Origin: Hemiscyllium ocellatum | Lineage: Eukaryota | DNA: 64,000 nucleotides | Direction of reading: 5' to 3' | Assembly: GCF_020745735.1 (NCBI RefSeq) | Contig: NC_083424.1 | Location: 12,324,999-12,388,998, forward strand | Part shown: piece after piece, positions 51,233 to 62,197 of the stretch | Numbering within the stretch: position 1 is the stretch's first letter | Layout: each line of letters starts with the position of its first letter | Made by a program: the position numbers and the translations under genes | The notes under the pieces: generated by a model | What the model saw: the letters and a program-made list of their open reading frames with translations, nothing else | What the model was told of the DNA's origin: nothing | Databases searched by the model: none

Positions 51233-51562
51233 CTAGAAAGTAGAAACAAAGTAAATCATCTGCTTCATTTAAAACACTTTTACAGAAACCTTACATTTTT
51301 TTTAGATATCTGACCGGTAATCAACTTAATTAAGTCCGACATTCCAGCTTTGCCCAGTCTAGAGTAGAGCAATAAGGAGGGAGCTCAACATGGACCCAAA
51401 AGACTGGCCATAGAAATACCATGTTGAATCACTGATAGGTGAGAATTGATTTCCCAATGATCTGGCAACAGTAAACAACAAAATGTGGTTGAGAGGGCCA
51501 GATTAATAGTCATCCAGGTGTCAGAGGAAGTTTTTCATCCCATCACTTTCTTTGGGCAATTA

Positions 51563-52245
51563 CAGACGAACCTCGATTATCCAAATACCAATTATCTGAA
51601 AATCGGATTGTCCCGACAGAAACATTACGTCAAAGACGTGTTTCCAACAGTGATTGTGTCTTTTGTTTGCAGTGATTAAACAGGGACCGTCTCCAAATGA
51701 ATGACCTCCCGCTCCCGCCCCCTCTCTCTCTCTCTCTCCCTCTCCACACTTTCGTTGGAGTCCTACAGAGGGTTGTACCCTAACAACTACCCCCTTCCCC
51801 AGATAATCTCTCCAACATTGTCCTGTACAGGATAAAGGTGGAACGTGTCAAAACGTTGCAGTAAAATGTTGTGTGCGCGCGCTATTTAGAGACTTACCCC
51901 ACAAAGGCAGCTGCAGCAGCAGCACTCTTGTAGTTGATATCCAGTTTGGCCCCCGGAGAGGGAGCGGGGAGGGGGGGTGGTGGGTGGTGTTGGACAGGAT
52001 TGTGGGGACGGGGTAGTCAGTGTTGGATGTAGGGGCGGCGGTGTTGGAGGGCTGGGGGGCAGTACTGGAAGGGGGGAGCAGGGTGGGGGTGCGGTGTTGG
52101 ATCTGGTTGGGGGTGGACAGGGGCGCAGTGTTGGACAGGGTTGGGGGTGGGAGGGGCAGTGTTGGAATGGGTTGGGGCTCAGATAATTGATTAGCTGATC
52201 GCAATAGTGCTCAGCCATCTCATTCAGATAATCAAGGTTCCCCTG
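51563..52245. mobile_element. MITE of the same family as 41311, TA on both sides
   Basis: TA-CAGACGAACCTCGATTATC ... GATAATCAAGGTTCCCCTG-TA; interior GTGTTGGA-containing G-rich repeats. Confidence 0.8.
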
Positions 52246-53460
52246 TATTAAGTTTGACTGAGTCAAAAGACTCCAAAGTTTCCCAATTTAAAAGAACATT
52301 TTACAGAGGATTCCAGAAGCATAGAAGCTGTCATCACAAGTTTTAATTTCCTAACCAGTTCCTATGGAGTCAGCCGTGTTAAGCATTCAGCATGGTCCCA
52401 AATCACAGGCAAGAGTGGTGTAATTTCAACAACTATTTGGCCATCGGAATAGCAGGATCAAAGCTTTGATCTGTACTGAGAGAGTTTTCTCTAGATTGTA
52501 AGGTACTAGTGCATGTATTCTGAAAGTTCCACTCTGCTATTCACTGAACACCTACATTAAAAAGCAGCACAAGCACCTGTAGGGGCATGTCTCTTAAGGA
52601 AAATGTTGAAAAGGTTTCAATCTCAAAAGTATTAACTTGAATTCATGCATCCACTATCATGACTCAGCATGCTCCAAACTGCTTGATATCCAAATAAAAT
52701 ACTTTTGAGATATAGTCACTGTACAAAGTAGACAATCACACCAGTTAATTCACATACAGCAATGAGATGATTGATCTCTTTTGATGATGTTGGTTAAGGG
52801 TCTAACATAAAGCATAACTATAAGAAAGCTTCCATGCTCTCCCTTCTTTAAGTGCTTCCCAGGAATATTTAAATCCCCAGGTCACAAGTGAATTTAGGAA
52901 TCAACAAAAGCCTCCAAACTAACTTCTGAAAGAAATACTTTGATCGATTTAATTAGTTCACTTTTCAATTTTGGTAGTTTCACTTAAAGCAGATCATCAA
53001 CTTTCAATTCTCAATTGTTAGCTTTTGGACCCACTTTCCTGCAAATAAATTTATGGCACTTAATTATGGTTTCTCAGTATCATTTCAGCCCGTCTGGTGC
53101 AAATGACCGGTTTGTTGATGTGACAAACCCCAACAAAAGTTAAAACTAGTAAGACCTAGATTACTTAAATTAGCATCCAACAAGAATTATACAAAGATCA
53201 GCAATCTCTGCACTTGATCATCCTGGTCCAAAGGAATAACCAAAATTGGAGTTCTCGCAAGTTACAGATGGAGAAAGTGTTCCCAATCCATAAAAGGTAT
53301 TTATAGACAACGGCCACAAAGTAACATAAGGCACGAGTCCAAGCACAAACTTGTCAGTGACAAATATTTGAAGCAAATTTCCAAGTATACTTGCAAGCAG
53401 GTCCAGAATAGATGCGACCAAATTGGACCAATTATCAATATATGAAAAACACGTTCTCAC

Positions 53461-53608
53461 CTTTGTGTAATTCATGATTAATTGCAATTTCTGCATTGTT
53501 GCACAATGGTAATCTTCGATCTTTTCCAATTATCTGGCCATTCAGGAAGGTACCATTCGAACTGTGATCTTCAATAAATACTACGAATGTGCTTCCAGGG
53601 CCCTTTTC
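53461..53608 (-). CDS. CHEK2: CHEK2 coding exon 3 (FHA domain)
   Basis: 148 nt; EKGPGSTFVVFIEDHSSNGTFLNGQIIGKDRRLPLCNNAEIAINHELHK. Confidence 0.96.
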
Positions 53609-54666
53609 CTAAGTAAGACCAGGAAATAAATTCTGAAACTGTGGTGTACTCTTTCAATTATTGAACTGGTTTGCTAAAATTGCTGGAAGTAGCACATTTA
53701 TACCAATGCTATACATGCCATTTTGTTCATGTGAGCTAAAGTGTAACGGTGTGCTTCCACCCACAAAGTCAGCCAACGTTAGCATTGGTTATTCTAAGCT
53801 TAAGGAATACAGGTAGAATAGCAACAATCAAACCAAATGGGCAAAAAGTATTGCATTAATTGATCTTTAAATTTTGTTTGGAATTTAAAAGCACTCACTT
53901 CCAATTCCATGACCTTGCATTACCAGAAACCTTCAATTACAAATAACATTTCCAATGATTTTAACTGAAGCTGTTAAAAGTTCATCATTTCAGAAGGATA
54001 TAAAAGAGGCATTCACCCCAGGACACCAGTCACTTTAAAGGATGCATAATTTCAAATTTTAAAAATGGACTAATATGGCTGTACCAAATAAACCGTATCT
54101 ACTGAGATTAGATGAGCTGCATTTCAACAGGTCTTGGTTTGTAATTCCACTGTATGACACAATGTTTCACAAACGTCAGGAAGCATTGGTAAGGAAATTA
54201 AAGTAGTAATTACAATAACTAACTTTATAAACGCATACTGATCGCAGTACAGAATTTCCAAGTTTGGTGATTTTTTTAGAAAGGAACCACCATTCTTGGA
54301 GTTAGGGGAGAAAACTGGCAGAAAACTAGCCCTGGGTGAAGCAGTCTCTGCATCACTGGTAGCCTTCTGAGTATTAGTTTTCCAAATAGCAACGTTGACA
54401 GATTCTGCAGCTGTGTGGGGCATCACAGCAATCACAATCAGATTACTTTTCTTGCACGTATGCTCGAACAAGGACATATTTTAAAAAGGCAATCAAATCA
54501 TTTTGTTCAAATATGAATCAATATTACATTTCTTAGTTTTCATATACAGAATATGATTCAGAACAACAGGTCGTATAAACTGACATTCAGATTCTAATCA
54601 ACCAGACTCAAAAGGAAACTTTCAATGTCTTTTTATAGTCCTAGCTACAGTGTTGTCATAGCTCAC

Positions 54667-54791
54667 TCTGATAATTCTGCAGTGTTTCTTGCTGTACGAT
54701 TTGAAATGCTCCTTCCTCTTCAACACTGGATGATCAAAACAATAGTGACATGATTTATCCCTTCCGAACCAGTACTCGTCATCTAAGCAAT
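54667..54791 (-). CDS. CHEK2: CHEK2 coding exon 2 (FHA domain)
   Basis: 125 nt; [42 protein letters not shown] (FHA GR and SxxH motifs). Confidence 0.96.
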
Positions 54792-55889
54792 CTGTGACAA
54801 AAAAAAAGGAGTTCTCAAATACCTTTCCACAAGATATACTCTCCTAGAATAATCAATGCAAATCAAAACTCGGATAAATAAAAAACATTTTTGAGTGAGG
54901 TGCTGGAGAGTGAATGTGCTCTCAGAACCATACATTAAGACAAGCCCAACGAAAAAAATCAGAAACAAAAACAGAAATTGCTGGAAAACCTCAGTGGGTC
55001 TGGCAGCATCTGTGGAGACAATACAGAATTTCCATTTTGGTCCAGTGATCGTTCTTCAGAACCTTCAGTGCTTTCTCTGCACAAACACTGCCAGACCTGC
55101 TGAGCTTTTCCAACAATTTAAGTTCTGGTTTCTGACTTCCAACATCCATGGTTCTTTGGTTATTTTTGTCTAATAAAAGTCACCCAGGTTTGGAAGAAAT
55201 TCTTACATACAAACTGTCACTAAGTGAATTAAGTTAATCGGCCATAAGCAACATTTCTCTGCAAATATTCTTAACTCAGCATTGAGACAAATAGCTAGTG
55301 CTCTTCATCTGACCTCACCACAAGTTTCAAGCTGACAATAAACAGCAGCTAGCCATCAAATATCATTAAGTGTACAAAAATAAAAACAGGAAACAAAGCA
55401 TATCAGGATATCTGACTTCAAAGTATTATATACTTGTCAAAGTACACAAGGCTTTTCAACATCATTTCAATAACTACCCTCATGTTTAAATAAATCAAAA
55501 AGGAAAGAAGTTTTAAAAATGGTTAATTTAAGGTGTCTCTCACTGTTGCAAGTTAGCTGCTTCATCAATTTCTAACACACAAGATTAAGACATTTGCTTG
55601 ATGACACATTCATTTGCTCGCTCTTTGCTTCCTCAATCTGGCTCAAACAGAAACATCCAATTAAAACTTGGTCAAAAACGGACACTATATTATTGGCCTG
55701 TAAAATTTTGAAAACAGAAGCTCAACAATATGAAATGAACATTGAAGGTTAGTATCAGTGCTTCAAACCAGTTAATACCTAAAATATGTAAATTTATTAC
55801 CAAAAACTTCTACACAATGTCAAGACCATTTTCAGGACAATTCAAAAACTGTTTATTACTCCATGTTTCTGGATCAAAATGTTGATCAT

Positions 55890-56420
55890 TAGAACATAAT
55901 ATCGAGGAGCAGGAAGAGGCCTACTCATGCCTAATTCACCACCTCACACCTGCTCCGCCATCTGATATGATCATCACAGCCTCAACTCCACTCTCCTGCT
56001 AACTCCCCATAATCCTTCAACCCATTACTAATTAAATATCTGTATATCTCCTCAAAATTATTCAATGTCCCAGCAGACATCCTGCTCTGAAGTAGTGAAT
56101 TCCAGAAAGTCACAACACAGAAGTAATTTCTCTTGATCTGTTTTAATTACTACTCCTTATCTTAAAATGACATTGTTTTAGATGGCCACACAAGGAAACA
56201 TCCTTTCTATATCTACAATCCCCTTAAGCATCCTTTACATTTCAATTTGACCTGCTCTTTCTAAACTCTAGAGTGTTTAGGCCTGAAGTGCTCAATCTCT
56301 TTTCACAAGACAAACTCATCTGTGAAATCAACCTAGCGAACGTCCTCTGATGTGTCTCCAACACAACTGCTTCCTCAAGCATGGGGACCAAAATTGTGCA
56401 CAATATTCCAGGTACTGTCT
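55890..56420 (-). mobile_element. Old CR1 LINE 3' fragment
   Basis: Similar to the CR1 3' fragments at 1395-1790 and 11640-12400. Confidence 0.55.
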
Positions 56421-57772
56421 CTTTTTTATCAGCCTATTCCTTCTTTCAATATATGACTTATACTGTCTTTCTTTCCACAGCACTACTCAAAAATGAACAA
56501 AATCATAAATTATAAAAAGTATTATTGTTACTTCAAGCTTCATTTTGCACTTGGGAGGTTTATCAGACAAGATTCCAATGTATAACCTTTTTATTGTAAT
56601 ACCTGAACAATGTTCCAAAATATTTATATTACTGCAGAGATTAGGGACCTGCAATACTTTTTTACTTTCCTTTTCATAAATGAAATCCAGAAACAAGCAT
56701 ATGGCCCTTTCAGCTACTGACTTCTAAGGTAAACAAATACAGTGTGATATTTATAATTTCAGACATCTGATTTCATTTTTCTCAACTCAGAACAAGTCTC
56801 AAGCTATCACTTCAATAACATTACTATTGTGCCAACATAACACTACCAAGATCTCTATATTATTTATAGCCATGACAAAATTCAATCCACATAATTTATA
56901 CATTTTATATAATCAATTCTCTGTACCATCACAACCTTCTCCTCTCATGTCTTTATGGCATTTGCCAACTTCAGTTTGTTACACCAACTACTCAGTAAAA
57001 GGAGAAACTTCAAATTAAAACAGCTGACTAGAAATTACAGCTGTTTTGGGGTACTGAATGGTAACTTAAATCACCAAATCAGCACAAAGAAAATGTAGGG
57101 TGGTTAGTGAGCTGGACGCAATACCCATCACATTGATAAAAGCTTTAAAACCCTGGTGTACAATGCCCACACGTGGAACAGGTTACAAGCTTTTTGAATT
57201 TGAAACTCAAGGGCCTACCGACAATACTGACCCTCCCAGTCCTGCAAGAACGACTACGCTCAAGCAAAACTTGAATGGGCACCATATTAGACTTCAATTA
57301 ACAAGGGAGCTTTAAATATTTATTTATCCAACTATAAAGCCTTTGGATAGTACGATCACCTTTTATTGTAAATGCACATAGCAAGATTGTTTTAATTTTC
57401 ATCACAAAGGGAATACTGCAATCTGTAGGTGTTTCTTTTATACTTGAAGGTTTTTTAAAAATAATCTAGCTGACATCAAAAACAGTGAAAATTGAAAATA
57501 AATGAAAAATAGTCCAATAATAGAATCAGATCAGCTACAGTTTATGAGCAATTACTGCAAAATTCAATTTAAGCTTTCAGTTTGGAAACATCTACACCAC
57601 TTTACAAGAATTCAGAGCAGACAATACAGGAGCAGACAATTCAGAACAATACAGGAGTATTGTTTGGTTGACTTTCCCCTTTGTGTCAATACAAAAAGGT
57701 CGAATGAAAATAAAAGTGCAGAGGCCGAGGTTCAAGTTCTGCCTGTTTCAGAAGTGTGTAATAACATCTGGG

Positions 57773-57873
57773 CTGAAAATGTGTTGCTGGTTAAAGCACA
57801 GCAGGTTAGGCAGCATCCAAGGAATAGGAAATTCGACGTTTCGGGCATAAGCCCTTCATCAGGAATGAATCGT
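57773..57873 (-). mobile_element. 101-bp PLE-derived mini-insertion with 16-bp TSD, containing one complete hammerhead
   Basis: TGTAATAACATCTGGG at 57757-57772 and 57874-57889. Confidence 0.85.
57831..57866 (-). ncRNA. Minimal type I hammerhead ribozyme motif, perfect core
   Basis: ATTC-CTGATGA-A-GGGC-TTAT-GCCC-GAAAC-GTC-GAAT: stem I ATTC/GAAT, stem II GGGC/GCCC, palindromic ACGT in place of stem III, GUC triplet. Confidence 0.82.
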
Positions 57874-57973
57874 TGTAATAACATCTGGGAACGAGTTGAT
57901 CAGAGCGTGCTTAGCTACCAGTCCAAACTCAGAAGCTCACCCAGGTACCTAATACAGTACTCAGAATTATCCA

Positions 57974-58167
57974 TGATTTGGAGATGCCGGTGTTAGACTG
58001 GGGTGTACAAAGTTAAAAATCACACAACACCAGGTTATAGTCCAACAGGTTTAATTGGAAGCACACTAGCTTTCGGAGCGACGCTCCTTCCTCAGCGTCG
58101 CTCCGAAAGCTAGTGTGCTTCCAATTAAACCTGTTGGACTATAACCTGGTGTTGTGTGATTTTTAAC
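57974..58167. repeat. TSD-flanked insertion containing a perfect 74-bp inverted repeat and a hammerhead core
   Basis: Arms 58012-58085 and 58094-58167 with an 8-nt loop; TSD AGAATTATCCA at 57963-57973 and 58168-58178; minus strand CTGAGGA-A-GGAGC-GTC-GCTCC-GAAAG-CTA. Confidence 0.88.
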
Positions 58168-58329
58168 AGAATTATCCAGGTCAGCTCAACTCTAAGCACC
58201 CAAAATACGTACGATAGATCGAAACTGAAGTGATGCTGGCTCTTGCCATGTCCATAACATTTGATACCTTTCAGAATCAATTGCCTGAAGCACAAGTTCT
58301 ACAAGTTTTTTTGTTTTAAAAGTACTCAC

Positions 58330-58552
58330 CCAAGTTCCAAAATCCTTTTTCAAGCGCCCAGAGGCGTCCCCAAGGTTTAGGCAATTCTTCCACTTCTGGA
58401 ATGGTAGCAAGATCCTGGGTAGGGTTGGAATCCAGGATGACAGTGCCTGCTGAGGATAGGCTGCTCGATCCAGTGCCGCTGGTGGACGAGGCGGACTGAG
58501 ACTGACTCTGGGACTGTGATTGGGATGTGCTGGTAACGGTCTCCTTCGACAT
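58330..58552 (-). CDS. CHEK2: CHEK2 first coding exon (SQ/TQ cluster); joined CDS 1563 nt, 520 aa
   Basis: MSKETVTST(SQ)5SASS...SNPTQDLATIPE..PWGRLWAL; acceptor AG at 58560-58559; donor G|GTGAGT; all 14 exons join in frame with sizes mostly matching vertebrate CHEK2 as I recall them. Confidence 0.95.
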
Positions 58553-58558
58553 TGTAGG

Positions 58559-58637
58559 CTTGAGACCAAACAAAAATGACTTTAACAGTAGGAGAGTTTG
58601 AGGAGGAGGGAGGGAAAGGCGAGAATGAACCCCTCAC
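58559..58637 (-). other. Possible short 5' UTR intron of CHEK2
   Basis: GCG|GTGAGG donor at 58637, pyrimidine tract, AG at 58559. Confidence 0.4.
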
Positions 58638-59099
58638 CGCAATTCTCGGCGACGTGGTGAATTAAAACAAAAGATGTTAAACCCCACTTTTTTAAAAAAA
58701 AAGAAAGAGAGCAGTGGGCATAAACTATGGGAGATTTTCGGTGAAAATGATCATTGTTTATTCTGCTGCATTAAAAAGAGTTGGTGCTAAATCTCAACCC
58801 ATCGCAACTCGGTCCTGAGTTTGCTTCCCATCGGCAAAACAAAAAAAAACCTAACTGAATGGAATCAAACGCCAATTAGGCATATATAAAAGGTCCAAGT
58901 GTGAACAAAATGTGTAAATCCACATTAATGGCAATAGATGAAAATAACATAAGGGAAGGCTGACAAGGTCCCCAGAAATTGTCTTTCTCCGAGAGAACAG
59001 CTCAGTCTCAACCTCTTCAGGGCAACGTGTGCAATTAACCCTATGTTTCCGCAGTATCTAACGCACAAAAATCTTATGTCCTTTACAGATTGTAGAAAG

Positions 59100-59690
59100 A
59101 GATTTCGCTTTAAAGCTGTTCACGTCCCTCCCATTCTCCCGCCCGAAACCCAGACATGCCGCAACCACGCCTTTGACTTTCACCTTTGACCTCCCTCCCA
59201 ACTGCTACCCACGGCACGAGCAAAATATTTTTATCATTCTATCATATCTTTGCGGGCAAACACAAATCACTTATGATTCTAAACCCTCCTTGGATTCGTA
59301 AAAGTTTTATTTATCTCCCGCCCCCCAAAAAGCGTGGCTGCTGACGCAAGGAATTCTGGGGAAGGGGGTGACGGTTGGGCTTTGACCGTTATATTTTTAA
59401 AAAAACGAGGACTGGCGATGGTTTGCATTCGACTTTTTTCGACGTCTTTCGCTTCTGCGGTTGTTAAAAGGTGGGAATAACTTTTGGAAAGGCGGAACTT
59501 TGGGAAAAGTGGATTGTTTTCGGTCGCCATGGCAACCGGGGAGCCCATCGAACTTGCTGCTTCGCCTCAAGTTCCGCCTTAGAGACTCCCATTGGTCAAT
59601 TGGTCACGTGAATGTCAATAATGGGAGCTACTATTGGTTAACTCGGGTGTCAATCATTACACGGGCGGGGACCGCTTCATCATCAAGGTA
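59100..59690. promoter_or_regulatory. CpG-rich divergent promoter region: RFX X-box, CCAAT boxes, E-box, GC box
   Basis: GTCGCCATGGCAAC 59523-59536; ATTGG at 59591, 59599 and 59633; CACGTG 59605-59610; GGGCGGGG 59663-59670; donor AAG|GTAGGT at 59688. Confidence 0.65.
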
Positions 59691-59871
59691 GGTTGAGGGG
59701 TTGGTTGGGCGGTATGGTCTGTTTCCTCCTTATCTGTGGGGGAGAAACGGGATTAAAAACAACCACAGTAATGTTGTTATTATAATTTTTGGAGGAAGAG
59801 TAATTTACGCTGTCAGATATTGGAGATTGACAGTTTTTTTTTGTTTGAATTCTGCTCTCAGTTCGAAGGCA

Positions 59872-60081
59872 ATGGTGCTCACCGAGAAATCTTCCAAGGA
59901 AGATGCTGATGCTGGGACAGAGGCGGGAGAGGGAGAGAGAGAGACTGACAAGGTGGATAGAACAGAAGGAGTTCAGAAGGTTCGTGCAGCAGGTGTTTAC
60001 CTACATCAACTCGGGGGTATCAGCAGCAAGCCCCCCAGCAGACCCCGCAACTCCTTCAGCAGAGGCAGCGTCGACTTCAAA
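59872..60081 (+). CDS. Probable first coding exon of an unidentified gene divergent from CHEK2
   Basis: Pyrimidine tract plus ctcAG at 59861; good Kozak GCAATGG; 70 codons MVLTEKSSKEDADAG...RPRNSFSRGSVDFK; donor AAA|GTAGGT. Product not recognised; an alternative frame is also open. Confidence 0.55.
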
Positions 60082-60260
60082 GTAGGTTCGATGTGTTATT
60101 CTGTGCATATAGTCACGCATGTCATAGCCTGGGCCAGCATTTGTTGCCCGTCCCTTTTTTTTTGTATTTAAGAGCCAACCGCGGGAGTAGAGTCACAGGT
60201 AAGGTCTCCCCCGTGTCTTAGCAGAACATAGTGCTGCTCTCTCGTTAGAGAGAGAGGTGG

Positions 60261-60987
60261 TGTTAGAAACCAAACTCAATAAAATTTAGACGAGACCACC
60301 AAAACTGGAAACAAGACAGTTTATTACGAACTTGCAAATAAGGGTTTCAATTGCATAAGCAAATTAGAATTTAGGTTAGTGTACGCTTATAGCTGAAAAT
60401 GTGTTGCTGGAAAAACGCAGCAGGTCAGGCAGCATCCAAGGAACAGGAAATTCGACGTTTCGGGCATAAGCCTTTCTTCAGGAATGTACAGTTATACCCT
60501 TTTGAGCTGAGTGAGGTCATCTCTCCAGACTCCTAATGACACAATTTCTCTGACTATTTTGCCTCTACCCATCCTGCTCCACACCCATTGCCCCTTTCTT
60601 TCCAAGTTGGCAATTTCCCCCTTGCACGTGCTGTCATAAGACTAAACTCTTATCTCGATGTTCCCCTTTGTAAATTCTTTCATTATCCATAGGTACATTC
60701 CATTCTTGTACGTACATCTTAACAATATATCTTTTTCATGTTTCGCTTATATGTTTCAGTTATCTTGGCTTTTTGCTGAAACTGTTGTTTTAAACATTAT
60801 GGTAAAAGGAATTATTTTCTTTAATAAATCTACATTAAAGTTAGTACATAATTATCCATAATTATGCACTGAAAAGTAGAGATACTCTTCCCTAAATACC
60901 TGCAGAGTTAATAGTTCTCTTGCTGTACCCCTTTTCTGTATGCTTTTGCTATATCTACAAAAACAATACTTTTCCCCATTTCTAACA
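60261..60987. mobile_element. Probable solo LTR inserted into a SINE
   Basis: TGTTAGAAA...TTTCTAACA inverted termini; GTGG/ATGG imperfect TSD; SINE halves on both sides. Confidence 0.6.
60392..60485 (-). mobile_element. PLE-derived mini-insertion with hammerhead (60450-60485)
   Basis: ATTC-CTGAAGA-AA-GGC-TTAT-GCC-C-GAAAC-GTC-GAAT; imperfect TSD TGTACGCTTATA / TGTACAGTTATA. Confidence 0.78.
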
Positions 60988-62197
60988 ATGGTGAATGGTG
61001 GCATAATTGGAGGGTCACCATGCTTCGGGTGAGGAGAGAGATTGAGAAGGAGAGCCCTTCATGGTAAGCTCAGTCAGTGTGGAAATTGAACCCATGGTAT
61101 TGATATCACTGTTTGCAAACAAACTGTCCAGCTAACTGACCCAAGTAGGCCAACTGACAAGTGCAACAATTATATTTTTATTAGTGGGTGTGGCTGGCTG
61201 TGCCCATCACTCATTGCTGTAGGTATAGAGTTGCAGGTAAGCCAGACCAGGTAAGGATGATGGATTTCCTTCCCTAAAGTACATTATTTAACTAAATGTT
61301 TGTTTTGTTTTTAAATGGCTATCAACTGCAGTTACATGGTCAACATTTTTTAAAAATGATTTCACCTTTCACCATCTGACATGATGGGAATTGATCCTTT
61401 GTCCCCAGAAATTAGCTTGGGGTTCTAAATTACCAACAGAAGTCCTTTCCTGACCTGACCCAGGGCATCTGGCCTGTCCCTCCATTAAGATCAAATTGTC
61501 CCAAATGTGGAACAATTCCCCAACCTGGAGAGGCACTTGTCATCTAAGGCAGACATTGATGCGGAGATCCACAAGTACTGCCTTCGGCCACCTTCAGATG
61601 AGTGTCTTCAACAACCACGACATCTATACTGATACAGAAAACTTATCAATAACTAGCATCTGTGGGCATAGGAGTGTGCTGGTTGTTAAAATATTCGAAC
61701 TGATTATGTGAATCTCTTGATCAATGTAAAAACACACACTAAGTAATAGAAACATAATGCAGGAGGTATACACATCACTGTTATACTTTACTTACAGCAT
61801 AAATCACTTAAATAATGATGCAACCTAGCCTTAAATAAAATTTAATGGCAGCAAGCCTTCTCACTCTCAGCCTCAACTGGCTACTTGAACGTTGCGGAGA
61901 TTGCGATAATGCAGTAAACTTAGGGTATTTCAAGGAGGTTTATTTTTTGCTGGTTTATTGAGAGTGCAAGTTCTTAAAACAAAGTTTGCTGTGCTAGGAT
62001 CCTCAACTATAAGGCAGTCAGTGTTCAAATTTTTCTATATTGTTTAGAAGTGTTGACTATGTTTTTCATCCATGAAGGGTTCAGAAAAGATTACAAGGAT
62101 TGCCAAGTTTGGAGGAGTTGAAATATAGGCAGAGGCCAAATAGGCTGGGGCTTTTTTGCCTGGAGCGTTGGAAACTGAGGGGTGACTTTATAGAGGT

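Noticed and set aside
59872-60081. HSCB assignment by human synteny
   Set aside because: The peptide has no mitochondrial presequence character, Cys motif or J-domain; left unnamed.
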